DNA of 64,000 nt from an uncultured Gemmatimonadales bacterium (GTDB taxonomy: Bacteria; Gemmatimonadota; Gemmatimonadetes; Gemmatimonadales; GWC2-71-9). Within the stretch, counting starts at the first letter, position 1; the number at the start of each line of letters is the position of its first letter. The stretch covers positions 384,001 to 448,000 of the forward strand of contig CAWGSK010000012.1 in assembly GCA_963825055.1 (NCBI GenBank), written 5' to 3'. Positions 1 to 13,386 of the stretch are shown here, in pieces. The position numbers and the translations under genes were made by a program. The notes beneath the pieces are model-generated. The model was given only the letters and a program-made list of their open reading frames with translations. It was not told the DNA's origin and did not search any database.

Positions 1-519
1 CTGGTCGAGAACGTGGCGCCGGTGCGGGCCGAGCCGTTCGTCAGGGTCCTGGAGCAGATCTCCTGGCCCATTTTCGTGGTCTTCTTCGCGCTGACCGGTG
101 CCGAACTCCGTCTGTCGGCGTTTGCGACCCTGTGGCCGGTCGTCGTGATCGTGGTGCTGGTCCGGCTTGCCGCCGTGGTGCTGGGCACCCGGGTGGGGGC
201 GGCCCTGAGCGGCGCGGAGGAACCGGTCCGGCGGTACGGGTGGTCCGGGCTGGTGAGCCAGGCGGGTGTCGCGCTTGGGTTTGCGAGCCTGGTCGCGACC
301 AGGTTTCCGGACGTGGGGCTGGGGTTGCAGGCCGTGACGGTGGGGGTGATCACGGTGAATACGAGCATGGGTCCGATCCTCTTCCGGCTGGGGCTGACCC
401 GGGCCGGGGAAGTTTCCGGTGGGGAGGGGGCGGAAGTCGATGCAGGAGCGGCGGATGGGGCCTTGCATTCGGGTAGTGAAGCGGTTAGCATACCCGCCCC
501 TCGCGAGGAGTCCGCGTAG
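1..519 (+). CDS. Cation:proton antiporter (Na+/H+ exchanger-like), C-terminal part; truncated by the window start
   Basis: Frame is open from base 1. Hydrophobic helices with FFALTGAEL, GLVSQAGVALG and NTSMGPILFR motifs typical of CPA antiporter C-termini. Confidence 0.75.
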   Translation: MVENVAPVRAEPFVRVLEQISWPIFVVFFALTGAELRLSAFATLWPVVVIVVLVRLAAVVLGTRVGAALSGAEEPVRRYGWSGLVSQAGVALGFASLVATRFPDVGLGLQAVTVGVITVNTSMGPILFRLGLTRAGEVSGGEGAEVDAGAADGALHSGSEAVSIPAPREESA

Positions 520-569
520 CGGGTGATCGCAGGGGTCGGAAGGAGTTGTGGCGTAATCGTTTCGTGGCC

Positions 570-598
570 TTGACTCACCGACATGACATAGGTATACT
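570..598 (+). promoter_or_regulatory. sigma70-type rRNA promoter
   Basis: TTGACT (570-575), 17 nt spacer, TATACT (593-598), about 200 nt upstream of 16S. Confidence 0.85.
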
Positions 599-640
599 AC
601 GCGGCTGCCCAACACGGGTGGCCTGAACGACGAAACACAC

Positions 641-656
641 GCTCTTTGATAATCGA
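641..656 (+). promoter_or_regulatory. boxA-like antitermination element in the rRNA leader
   Basis: GCTCTTTGATAATCGA, with a near-identical copy GCTCTTTGACAATCGA in the ITS at 2428-2443. Confidence 0.7.
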
Positions 657-796
657 TGTTGGGTATTGGGTGATGGAGTGCGGACCCTTCGATCCGGGGC
701 TATGAGAGTGGCTTCGGTGAGGGTGTCAAGACTCTTATTTATTGTGATTCGGACGATATCAAAACCATCGTTCGCATGAGCAAGTTCAAGCTTTTC

Positions 797-2334
<1,538 letters not shown>

Positions 2335-2427
2335 GGAGTGACGAGTAGTCGCCGGCTTCGGCCGCGCGCACGAAAGTCCTTCCTAGTCGCCCGCACTCCG
2401 CTCCCAATACCCCGCATCGATGTTTTC

Positions 2428-2443
2428 GCTCTTTGACAATCGA
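2428..2443 (+). promoter_or_regulatory. boxA-like element in the 16S-23S spacer
   Basis: GCTCTTTGACAATCGA matches the leader copy and lies just after the 16S processing stem (2390-2419 pairs with 654-683). Confidence 0.7.
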
Positions 2444-2556
2444 CGGATGGATGTGCCGGTCGCCCTCGTGGTGACCGGAAGCAAGGTGTGAGGAATCCAA
2501 AACACCATGGTGCTGGTCGAGCCCATCGCGGGGTCGGCCGGGACCGAGAGAACTAT

Positions 2557-5517
<2,961 letters not shown>

Positions 5518-5555
5518 TTCCAATGATTCGTCACACCACACATCCATACGTCGAT

Positions 5556-5617
5556 GTCGAGACGTCGAGGAGTCGAGAAGTCAAGAACCTTGACCTCTCG
5601 ACCTCTTGACCCTCGAC
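5556..5617. repeat. Degenerate octamer repeats followed by their inverted complement in the 23S-5S spacer
   Basis: gtcgagac-gtcgagga-gtcgagaa-gtcaagaa, then ttgac-ctctcgac-ctcttgac-cctcgac. Confidence 0.75.
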
Positions 5618-5625
5618 CAGCCTTC

Positions 5626-5743
5626 GGCTGACGACTAGCGCGCAGGGGCCACACCCGTTCCCATTCCGAACACGGCAGTTAAGCCCTGCAGCGCCGATGG
5701 TACTGCCACTGAGAGGTGGTGGGAGAGTAGGCCGTCGCCAGCC
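5626..5743 (+). rRNA. rrf: 5S rRNA
   Basis: CACCCGTTCCCATTCCGAACACGGCAGTTAAG, GCCGATGGTACTG and GGGAGAGTAGG, with terminal helix GGCTG...CAGCC. Confidence 0.97.
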
Positions 5744-5750
5744 ACCCCCG

Positions 5751-5789
5751 AAGCCCGGTGTCCCTTGCGGATACCGGGCTTTGTTTGTT
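5751..5789 (+). terminator. Intrinsic terminator of the rRNA operon
   Basis: Stem AAGCCCGGTGTCC/GGATACCGGGCTT followed by TGTTTGTT. Confidence 0.8.
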
Positions 5790-5818
5790 CAGGCGGACAG
5801 GCGGACAGATAATATCTT

Positions 5819-5867
5819 CCGATACCCGATACCCGATACCCGATACCCGATACCCGATACCCGATAC
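5819..5867. repeat. Perfect heptamer tandem repeat (CCGATAC)x7
   Basis: Seven exact copies read directly; preceded by CAGGCGGA x2 at 5790-5808. Confidence 0.97.
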
Positions 5868-5883
5868 CCATTCCCGGCAACCC

Positions 5884-6594
5884 ATGCTCACCCCGCTCGT
5901 CCTCGCCCTGCTCCTGGGCCTCAGGCACGCTGCCGACCCCGACCACCTCACCGCCGTGTCGACCCTGGTTCTGACCGAACGCGGGCGCCCCGCCCGTCAT
6001 GCCGGGGTGCTGGGGCTCGCCTGGGGCGCCGGCCACGCGGTCACGCTGCTCCTGCTCGGCATTCCCGCCATCCTGCTCGGGCGGCTCCTGCCCGACGGGA
6101 TCCAGCGCCTGGCCGAGGTCGTGGTGGGCCTCATGATCGTCGGGTTGGCCCTCCGGCTGCTGTACCGGTGGCGCCAGGGCTACTTCCATTCGCACCCGCA
6201 CCGGCACGGCGAGGTCGAGCACGTGCACCCGCATGTCCACGTCGCGGCCGACGCCCATGCACACGCGCCACACGCCCATCCGCACGCTTCGCGTCTCGGG
6301 CGCAGTCCGCTCGCGGCGTTCGGGATCGGGCTGGTCCATGGCATCGGAGGGTCGGCGGGGGCGGGCGTCCTGCTGATCGCCACCATCCCGGAACGGCGGC
6401 TGGCCGTGCTCGCCCTGGGGATTCTCGCGGGGGCCACGGCGCTCTCCATGGCACTGCTCTCGGTGACGTTCGGCCTCGCCCTCGGACGTCCAGCCGTCCG
6501 TCAGGGGCTGCCAGCGGCCATTCCGGTGCTGGGGGTGCTCACCCTGGCGTTCGGGGTCTGGTATGCCCTTGCGGCGACGGGGTTCATCGGGTAG
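5884..6594 (+). CDS. Nickel/cobalt transporter-like membrane protein (NiCoT/UreH type)
   Basis: GLRHAADPDHL motif, WGAGH, His-rich loop (HSHPHRHGEVEHVHPHVH) and GLVHGIGGSA. ATG at 5884 chosen downstream of the repeat. Confidence 0.8.
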   Translation: MLTPLVLALLLGLRHAADPDHLTAVSTLVLTERGRPARHAGVLGLAWGAGHAVTLLLLGIPAILLGRLLPDGIQRLAEVVVGLMIVGLALRLLYRWRQGYFHSHPHRHGEVEHVHPHVHVAADAHAHAPHAHPHASRLGRSPLAAFGIGLVHGIGGSAGAGVLLIATIPERRLAVLALGILAGATALSMALLSVTFGLALGRPAVRQGLPAAIPVLGVLTLAFGVWYALAATGFIG

Positions 6595-8491
6595 CCGGAC
6601 CGGGCTCACTGACGAGGGTCAGGGCCAGCGCCAGGAAGTCCCGCTCGCTCACGATGCCAATCAGCCGGTCCCGATGCACCACCGGCAGGCAGGCCACCTG
6701 CCTGTCGCGCATGAGCATGATGGCTTCGCGACAGCTCGCCTCCGGCCCGATGGTCACGGGCGCAGTATGCATCAGGTCCCGCACGGGGACACCCTCCGGG
6801 CCACGTCCCCGGGCCAGGAGCCGCAGGAGCGCCCGGTAGGACACGAGGCCCACCAGGCGGCCCTGGTCATCCTCCACCGGGATGTGCCGGATGTGCTTCC
6901 AGTCCATGAGGCTGGCGGCAATGTCCACCAGGTCATCGGGATGCAGGGTGAACAGGTCGGTCGTCATCACCTGAGCCACGGTGCGGTAATTCTCTTCCGG
7001 AGACGGGACTTCCGTCGGATCCGGGAGGGGCCAGCGGTGGACCGGGGTTCCGTTCCACTGGCGCGCGAGGATTGCCCGGGTCACGGCCTGGCTTCGTACG
7101 GTGGCGGACCGGATGCCGCGCAGGCGCTCGAAGGCCTGAAGCGTCCAGCAGGCCCCCGTGAGCCCCGTGTCGACCCGCTCCCGGATGATGCCGAGCCGTG
7201 ACGCGGCCTCGTGTGGGTCGATGCCGATCCGCGCGAGGCCTTCGGCGGCCACGTCCAGCAGCTCCCCCAGGATCAGCTCCCGTGCACCCACCGCGCGTCC
7301 GTCCTGCCACCGGAAGGTTGCGTGGAGCCCGTAGCGCGCCGCCGCGAGGAAATTGGCGCGGACGTCGTCGAACGCGAATCGCTCGCGAACATCCGGAATC
7401 CGGGCCCCCAGCCCGGCGACCAGGCCGTAGAAGAACGCGGCATTCGCCAGCTCGTCCGTCGGCGTGGGGCCGGCCGGGAGGGGGCGATGCTCGATCCGGA
7501 GATGGGCCTTCCCGTCGATGGCACCCACGCAAGGCCGGTTCCAGCGATAGACCGTGCTGTTGTGGAGCGCGAGCGCGCGCAGGTGGGGAAGGTCGCCCCG
7601 CGCCAGCATCGCACTCGATGATTCCCCCGGTTCCGCCAGGATGAGGACCCGGTGGCGCGCGATAGCGTCCTCGAAGAGTTCGCGGACGGACTGGTCCACC
7701 CAGCGGTTGCCGAAGGAGACCCGGCGCCAGGTCCCGCGCAGGCGGTGGGGGACGGAGCGGATGTCCATCGACTGCTCGAACAGGGCGATGCGTGTCTCGC
7801 GCCACAGCCGCCGCTGGAGGAGCAGCGGGGCGTTGACCGCCGCGGCCAGTACCGGCGCAGTGATGGCCTGAACCGTGTTGTAGGTGGCCGCGAAATCACC
7901 CGGGGGCACCTGGAGGTGGATCTGGAAGCTCGTGTTGCAGGCTTCGAGCAGGATATTGTCGTGGTCCACGTCGAGGTCGTCATCACCGGCGATGTGCGTC
8001 CGGTAGCTTCCCCCGATGGCCTGGCACAGCACACGGTTCAGCTCGTGGTAGCGGGCCTCCGGGGTCAGGGAGGTGAGGTCAAGGTCGGCCAGCTCGATGG
8101 AGGGCAGGGTGCCAGCCAGCAGGATGTCGCAGCCCAGGGCCTGCGCGCTCACGCGCGCCCGGGAGAGCAGGGCGGTGAGCTCGTCCTCCATCCGCCCCAG
8201 CGCCTCCGTGTTGAGGGGCACCGGCGCGAGGTTGGCCTCGAGGTTGAACTGGGCGATCTCGCTGGTGAAGGGAGGGCCGAGCGTGGCGAGGAGGGGGACG
8301 GCGCGGCACGCGGGCCGGCCCGCAGCGTCCACGATGAACATTTCCTGCTCGGCGCCGATCCGCACCGGGGCATCCTCGAAGACGCCGCCGGCAATCATCC
8401 GGTCGAGGGCGCGCAGGTCGTCCAGGAGGGCGCGCGTGAACGCCCGCCGCGCCGCCTCGTCTTCACCGGTCCGGACGTCGTGATCCCCCAT
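6584..8491 (-). CDS. Glutamate-cysteine ligase family (GCS2-like) protein with C-terminal CBS pair
   Basis: IGAEQEM, EIAQFNLE, EACNTSFQIHLQ, YRWNRP and HLRIEHRPLPAGPT motifs; two CBS domains (HIRHIPVEDD..LVGLVS; CLPVV..LIGIVSERD). Confidence 0.85.
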   Translation of the reverse strand: MGDHDVRTGEDEAARRAFTRALLDDLRALDRMIAGGVFEDAPVRIGAEQEMFIVDAAGRPACRAVPLLATLGPPFTSEIAQFNLEANLAPVPLNTEALGRMEDELTALLSRARVSAQALGCDILLAGTLPSIELADLDLTSLTPEARYHELNRVLCQAIGGSYRTHIAGDDDLDVDHDNILLEACNTSFQIHLQVPPGDFAATYNTVQAITAPVLAAAVNAPLLLQRRLWRETRIALFEQSMDIRSVPHRLRGTWRRVSFGNRWVDQSVRELFEDAIARHRVLILAEPGESSSAMLARGDLPHLRALALHNSTVYRWNRPCVGAIDGKAHLRIEHRPLPAGPTPTDELANAAFFYGLVAGLGARIPDVRERFAFDDVRANFLAAARYGLHATFRWQDGRAVGARELILGELLDVAAEGLARIGIDPHEAASRLGIIRERVDTGLTGACWTLQAFERLRGIRSATVRSQAVTRAILARQWNGTPVHRWPLPDPTEVPSPEENYRTVAQVMTTDLFTLHPDDLVDIAASLMDWKHIRHIPVEDDQGRLVGLVSYRALLRLLARGRGPEGVPVRDLMHTAPVTIGPEASCREAIMLMRDRQVACLPVVHRDRLIGIVSERDFLALALTLVSEPGPATR

Positions 8492-8568
8492 GACCGTCTC
8501 CCGCTCGGGTCCCTGACAAGCTGCGAGCCCGAGCGTGAGGAGTCAGTGAAGGGGCCGTGAAGACGTGG

Positions 8569-10026
8569 TCATGGACCCCAGTCGGCCGCGAAGTCCTGGG
8601 CGGGGTTGTTGGTAAACCGGGCCTGGTTGGTGCCGTCGGCCTGCATGGTGTACAACTCGACGTTCCCGTCCCGGTCGGTGTCGAAGACGATGTAGTCGCC
8701 GTTGGGCGAGAACGACGGGACCTGCTCACGGGCCGCGGTGGTGGTCAGGCGCAGGAGCCCCGTGCCGTCCGCGTTCACCCGGTAGACCTCCTCGTTCCCG
8801 TCCCGGTTGGTGATGAACACGATCATCGTCCCGTCCGGCGAGTACTCGGCACTGTGGTCGTTACTGGTCGAGGTCGGGAGCAGGGCGGCCTGGCCGCTGC
8901 CGTCGGCGTTCATCGTCCAGAGCTTCGACGGCCCGACGGCGCCCCCGCCGGTCGCAGGAGCCCGGCGGCTGAAGAGAATCGTGGTGCCATCGGGAGACCA
9001 CTGCGGCTCCAGGCTTTCCTGGGTGCCGCTGGTGATGGGGGTCACGCCGGTGCCGTCGGCGTTCATCACGTAGATCTCCAGGTGCCCTCCGGTGCGGGTG
9101 CTGGCGAACACGATCTTCGAGCCGTCCGGCGACCAGGCAGGGAACCAGTCGACTGCCGCGTCGTTGGTGAGGTTGACCTGGTTGCTGCCGTCGATGTCCA
9201 TCCCGTAGATCTCGTACTGGCCGTCACGGTTGCTCTCGAAGATCACCTTCGAACCATCGGGAGAGAGGGCTGGATACCAGTCCACCTGGCTGGCGCTGGT
9301 CAGCCGGGTGAGTCCCGTGCCGTCCGGCTTCACCGAATACACCTCCATCTGGCCGTCGCGGTCTGTCGCGAAGACGATCGTCCCCGTGGGGGCGGTGCCG
9401 CAGTCCAGCGTGAAGCCGACGGGCGTCGTGGTGGAGGCGGTGACCGGGACCGTCTGCGACAGCGACGCTGCCGACGTGCAGTTGAGCGCCGCGCCGTTCA
9501 GGGCGACCGTGTGCGAACCGACGGCAACACTGGAGAACGAGACGGTTGCGTTCACGCCGATTGACTGGGCGGCGCCGCCGTCCACGCTGATGAGGTAGCC
9601 GTCGGGATCCGGGTTGGTGCCCGTGGTGGTCGTGGTGACGCTGATCGTCCCCGTGGGCATGCCGGTGGCGGTGCAGGAGATGTCGAATGCGACCGACGTC
9701 GTGTCTCCCGCCGTGACCGTGGCCGACTTGCTGGTGCCGCCGCTCACCGTGCAGTTGGCGGAGATCGCCCCGAGTACCGTCGTGTGGGCACCGGCCGACA
9801 GCCCCACCACCGTGATGGCGGCGTTGGTCCCGATGGCGCGTGCCGTCCCCCCGTCCACGGTAACTGTGTAGCCATCCGGGTCCTGGTTCATCCCCGACGT
9901 CACGGTCGTAACGCGAATCGCGCCCGTCGTGGGCGGAGGATTGGGTGAACTTCCGTCCTTCCCGCACCCCAGTGACAGGGTCAGAAGGCTGAGGGCCAGG
10001 GTGGGGTATTGCCGGGGGAATGGCAT
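8569..10026 (-). CDS. Lipoprotein with two N-terminal beta-rich repeats and a TolB-like (PD40) beta-propeller
   Basis: Lipobox LSLGC, repeated PAWSPDGSKIVF/ DRDGQMEVY units and two DPDGY-containing repeats. GGAG SD before ATG 10026. Confidence 0.85.
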   Translation of the reverse strand: MPFPRQYPTLALSLLTLSLGCGKDGSSPNPPPTTGAIRVTTVTSGMNQDPDGYTVTVDGGTARAIGTNAAITVVGLSAGAHTTVLGAISANCTVSGGTSKSATVTAGDTTSVAFDISCTATGMPTGTISVTTTTTGTNPDPDGYLISVDGGAAQSIGVNATVSFSSVAVGSHTVALNGAALNCTSAASLSQTVPVTASTTTPVGFTLDCGTAPTGTIVFATDRDGQMEVYSVKPDGTGLTRLTSASQVDWYPALSPDGSKVIFESNRDGQYEIYGMDIDGSNQVNLTNDAAVDWFPAWSPDGSKIVFASTRTGGHLEIYVMNADGTGVTPITSGTQESLEPQWSPDGTTILFSRRAPATGGGAVGPSKLWTMNADGSGQAALLPTSTSNDHSAEYSPDGTMIVFITNRDGNEEVYRVNADGTGLLRLTTTAAREQVPSFSPNGDYIVFDTDRDGNVELYTMQADGTNQARFTNNPAQDFAADWGP

Positions 10027-10138
10027 CAACAGGGGCTCCATGGAGGTCAGGTGCGGAATCGACGGCCCGCCGACGGCCTGCGGCAACGGGGCCGTCCTCT
10101 CAATCTGGCTGGCACCCCGTCCGCTGTGCCAGTGGCCA

Positions 10139-10154
10139 TGCAAGGATTGCGCCT
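10139..10154 (-). promoter_or_regulatory. Possible sigma54 promoter for the TolB-like lipoprotein
   Basis: Minus strand reads AGGCGC-AATCC-TTGCA, with GG-N10-GC spacing, about 110 nt upstream of the start. Confidence 0.4.
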
Positions 10155-10214
10155 TGCCGGCGGGGGCGCCGTGACCCCTCTCACCCCGGGGCTCCGGGCC
10201 GGTATCTTTCCGGC

Positions 10215-11090
10215 ATGGACCCTTCGGCACCTCCGCGCTCGGGGCACGTGGCTCTCGCGGGACTCCCCAACGTGGGCAAGAGTTCACTGCTCAATGCCCT
10301 GGTCGGGGAGCACCTCGCCATCGTCAGCCCCCGAGCGCAGGCCACCCGCCTTCCGGTCGTGGGGCTTCGCACCGACGGCGACACGCAGTACGTCTTCCAC
10401 GATCTCCCCGGCCTGCTCGATCCCCGCTACCTGATGCAGACGAGGATGCGTGCGGTGGCCGTGGAGGAGGTCCGCCGCGCCGACGTGATCCTGCACCTCC
10501 ACCCCGCTGACGAAGCGCCGGCGCCGGACTTCCTCTCCGTGGCCGGGCTGGACCTGCCACCCCGCGGCACCCTGTTGACCGTCTACACCAAGGGAGACCT
10601 GGCGGGCGCGCCCGGGCGCGCCGGCCGGGGCGATGCCCTCGTGGTGAGTGCCACCACCGGCGACGGGCTGCCGGAGTTGCTCGAGCGAATACGGATGAAC
10701 CTCCCCGAACGCCCCTTCGAGTTCAATCCGGACGACCTGGGAACGCAGCCGCTCCGCTTTTTCGTGGTGGAGTACCTGCGCGAAGCGGCGTTCGAACTGC
10801 TGGCGGAGGAAGTCCCATACGCCTTCACCGCAGAGGTCGAGGAGTTCCGGGAGCACACCGATCCGGTGTACATTCGGGTCCACCTCTACGTCGAGCGTGA
10901 GTCGCAGAAGGCGATCCTGATCGGCAAGGGCGGACGGACCATCCGGGACCTCGGGCGCCTGGCCCGGGCGCGGCTGGAACGGCTGATGGATCGTGCGGTG
11001 TACCTCGACTGCTGGGTGAAGGTGCTGCCACGCTGGCGCAAGGACCCCGCGGCACTCCTGCGGTTCGGTTTTCCCACGGAGGACGCCTGA
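10215..11090 (+). CDS. era: GTPase Era
   Basis: [20 protein letters not shown] and a KH domain ([15 protein letters not shown]). Confidence 0.95.
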   Translation: MDPSAPPRSGHVALAGLPNVGKSSLLNALVGEHLAIVSPRAQATRLPVVGLRTDGDTQYVFHDLPGLLDPRYLMQTRMRAVAVEEVRRADVILHLHPADEAPAPDFLSVAGLDLPPRGTLLTVYTKGDLAGAPGRAGRGDALVVSATTGDGLPELLERIRMNLPERPFEFNPDDLGTQPLRFFVVEYLREAAFELLAEEVPYAFTAEVEEFREHTDPVYIRVHLYVERESQKAILIGKGGRTIRDLGRLARARLERLMDRAVYLDCWVKVLPRWRKDPAALLRFGFPTEDA

Positions 11091-11260
11091 TGACCCTGTC
11101 GCCCGAACTGCTCGAGATCCTCGTCTGCCCGAAGTGCCGGGGAGATCTCGAGTATCGCCAGGAGCCCGAGGAAGTCCTCGTGTGCCACCAGTGCCGGCTC
11201 GTCTACCCGGTGGACGACGGCATACCGGTCATGCTGATCGACGAGGCCAGGCCGCTCTGA
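11090..11260 (+). CDS. Trm112/YcaR family protein (not in the ORF track)
   Basis: Translates to [22 protein letters not shown]...[31 protein letters not shown] overlap with era. Confidence 0.92.
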   Translation: MTLSPELLEILVCPKCRGDLEYRQEPEEVLVCHQCRLVYPVDDGIPVMLIDEARPL

Positions 11261-12336
11261 CCGATTCAGCGGATGGCCTTCTCCGGGGCATCCTCCTCCG
11301 GCCGCGCAACCTGCTCCTCCTTGCGGTGCCGGTCAGCTTGGTCCTGCGCCTGATGCAGGCGCCGGATGCGCTCCAGTTCGTGGTGGCCTGCCTCGCCGTC
11401 CTGCCGCTCGCCGGCTACATGGGCGAGGCCACCGAACACATCGCCCACCGCACCAATCCCGCCATCGGCGCCCTGCTCAACGCCACCTTCGGCAACGCCG
11501 CCGAGCTGATCATCGCCCTCATTGCGTTGAACGCGGGGCTGACGGAACTCGTCAAGGCCTCCATCACCGGCAGCATTCTCGGCAACCTGCTTCTGATCCT
11601 CGGCATGTCGCTGATGGCCGGGGGACTCCGCCGGCCGGTCGTCAGGTTCAACCGTACCGCCGCCGGGATGAGCGCCGCGATGATGGCGCTGGCCGTCGTC
11701 GCGCTGGTGTTCCCGGCTATCTTCCACCTGCTGCACCCGCAGGCCGTAGCCGAGGAGCTGTACCTGTCGGAGGGCGTGGCGATCATCCTCCTGGTCACCT
11801 ACGGGTTGTCCCTGCTGTTCACGCTGCGGACCCACACGCACCTGATCGGCGGCGGTGCAACCGCGGTCGAGGATGCACCGTGGCCAAGGGGCCTCGGGAT
11901 CGGCGTCCTGTTTGGCGCCACCGCGCTGGTGGCCTGGGAGTCCGAACTCCTGGTCCATACCGTGGAGGCGGTGACCGTATCCTGGGGGCTCTCCGAGACG
12001 TTCCTGGGCCTGATCGTGATCCCGCTGATCGGCAATGCCGCCGAGCATTTCTCCGCGATCCTGGTCGCCCGGAAGGGCAAACTCGATCTTGCGCTGGGCA
12101 TCGCCCTCGGCAGCAGCACCCAGGTCGCCCTGCTTGTCGCGCCGCTCCTCGTTTTCGCCGGTCTCGTGCTGGGACGCACCATGAACCTGGTATTCACCGC
12201 CTTCGAGGTGGCCGCCCTCGGCATGGCGACGGTCATTATCGCCATCATTACACTGGATGGAGAATCGCACTGGTTTGAGGGCGTGCAGCTCCTGGCCGTC
12301 TATGCGATGGTCGGGGTTGCGGGGTTCTTTATTTGA
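11257..12336 (+). CDS. cax: Calcium/proton exchanger (CAX/ChaA family); start uncertain
   Basis: [28 protein letters not shown] and GSSTQVAL repeats. Start placed tentatively at a CTG overlapping the Trm112 stop. Confidence 0.9.
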   Translation: MTDSADGLLRGILLRPRNLLLLAVPVSLVLRLMQAPDALQFVVACLAVLPLAGYMGEATEHIAHRTNPAIGALLNATFGNAAELIIALIALNAGLTELVKASITGSILGNLLLILGMSLMAGGLRRPVVRFNRTAAGMSAAMMALAVVALVFPAIFHLLHPQAVAEELYLSEGVAIILLVTYGLSLLFTLRTHTHLIGGGATAVEDAPWPRGLGIGVLFGATALVAWESELLVHTVEAVTVSWGLSETFLGLIVIPLIGNAAEHFSAILVARKGKLDLALGIALGSSTQVALLVAPLLVFAGLVLGRTMNLVFTAFEVAALGMATVIIAIITLDGESHWFEGVQLLAVYAMVGVAGFFI

Positions 12337-12361
12337 CAACTTTATCGAAAGCCCGTAAGTT
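12333..12361 (+). promoter_or_regulatory. sigma70-type promoter for the GGDEF gene
   Basis: TTGACA (12333-12338), 17 nt spacer, TAAGTT (12356-12361). Confidence 0.65.
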
Positions 12362-12392
12362 GCCACCAATTCACTTCTTACGAGGTTAGAGG

Positions 12393-13379
12393 GTGCGGAC
12401 TCGCCCGACGATTCTCCATTACTCGCCGGACGCGCGCCCGGTTCCTCCCCTGGTCAGGCACTGGGCGGAGGCGAAGGCGTTCCCCCTCATGGTCCTGGAC
12501 CGGGCGGAGGAGGTCGAGTCCGTGATCCTCCGCGGCTTCCCCTGCATCCTCTTCGTCGACGCTGAGGGCAGCCATCGCGCCAGGGCCGTGGAGCTGGTGC
12601 GGCGGCTCAAGGATGACGCCTTCACCGCGATCGTGCCCGTGGCGGTGCTGGCCACTGATCACGCCACGGACCAGGTGCAGGAGTGGTTCACTGCCGGGAC
12701 GGACGAGGTGATCACCAGTCTCTTCCCCCCCGCCGAGCAGCGGGCGCGCCTCGAAGCCATGCTGATCCGGACCGAGCGGGACGTGTCGGTCCACCCTTCG
12801 ACCCGCCTTCCCGGCACGACCGAGATCGAGCGCGAAATCCGACGGCAGCTCGACGGCGGCGGGGAATTCGCGGTCTGCTACGCCGACCTTGACCATTTCA
12901 AGGAATTCAACGACCGGTACAGTTACTACGACGGCGACCGGGTGATCTACCTGGTGAGCCGCCTCCTCCACGACGTCGTCAAGGGGCTTTCCGGCCCACG
13001 GGGATTCGTGGGACATATCGGCGGCGATGATTTTATCTTCATCATTCCCTGGAAGGACGTCAGCCCGGTCTGCACCGAAGTCCTCTCGGTGTTCGACACC
13101 CTGGTCCCGCTCCAGTACAGCGAGCAGGACCGCCGGGCGGGGTACTTCTTCGGGAAGGACCGCCGCGGCCAGCTCCACCGCGTACCGCTGATGACCCTGT
13201 CGATCGGCATCGTCACGAACCGGAACCGGCGGTTCGCACACCCGGCTCAGGTCAGCGAGCTGGCCACGGAGATGAAGAGTTACGCCAAGACATTACCGGG
13301 CTCGGTGTACGTCGTGGACCGGAGGACCTCGGACGATGCCCAGGTCCACGAAGGTCCCGACGCGCGGACCGAGCGGTGA
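12393..13379 (+). CDS. Receiver-like domain plus GGDEF (GGDDF) diguanylate cyclase family protein
   Basis: ADLDHFKEFNDRY, GHIGGDDF and TLSIGIV; degenerate REC-like N-terminus. Confidence 0.85.
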   Translation: MRTRPTILHYSPDARPVPPLVRHWAEAKAFPLMVLDRAEEVESVILRGFPCILFVDAEGSHRARAVELVRRLKDDAFTAIVPVAVLATDHATDQVQEWFTAGTDEVITSLFPPAEQRARLEAMLIRTERDVSVHPSTRLPGTTEIEREIRRQLDGGGEFAVCYADLDHFKEFNDRYSYYDGDRVIYLVSRLLHDVVKGLSGPRGFVGHIGGDDFIFIIPWKDVSPVCTEVLSVFDTLVPLQYSEQDRRAGYFFGKDRRGQLHRVPLMTLSIGIVTNRNRRFAHPAQVSELATEMKSYAKTLPGSVYVVDRRTSDDAQVHEGPDARTER

Positions 13380-13386
13380 GGAAGTC

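Noticed and set aside
5626..5743. A-C mismatch in 5S helix I and a slightly unusual loop A sequence
   Set aside because: Within normal 5S variation or a base-call error; nothing further can be supported.
5635..6839. ORFs reading through the CCGATAC array (YPIPDTR / GIGYRVS repeats), including an N-terminal extension of the transporter from 5758
   Set aside because: They cross the 5S gene or its terminator, and the peptide repeats are just the translated heptamer. ATG 5884 starts the recognisable protein.
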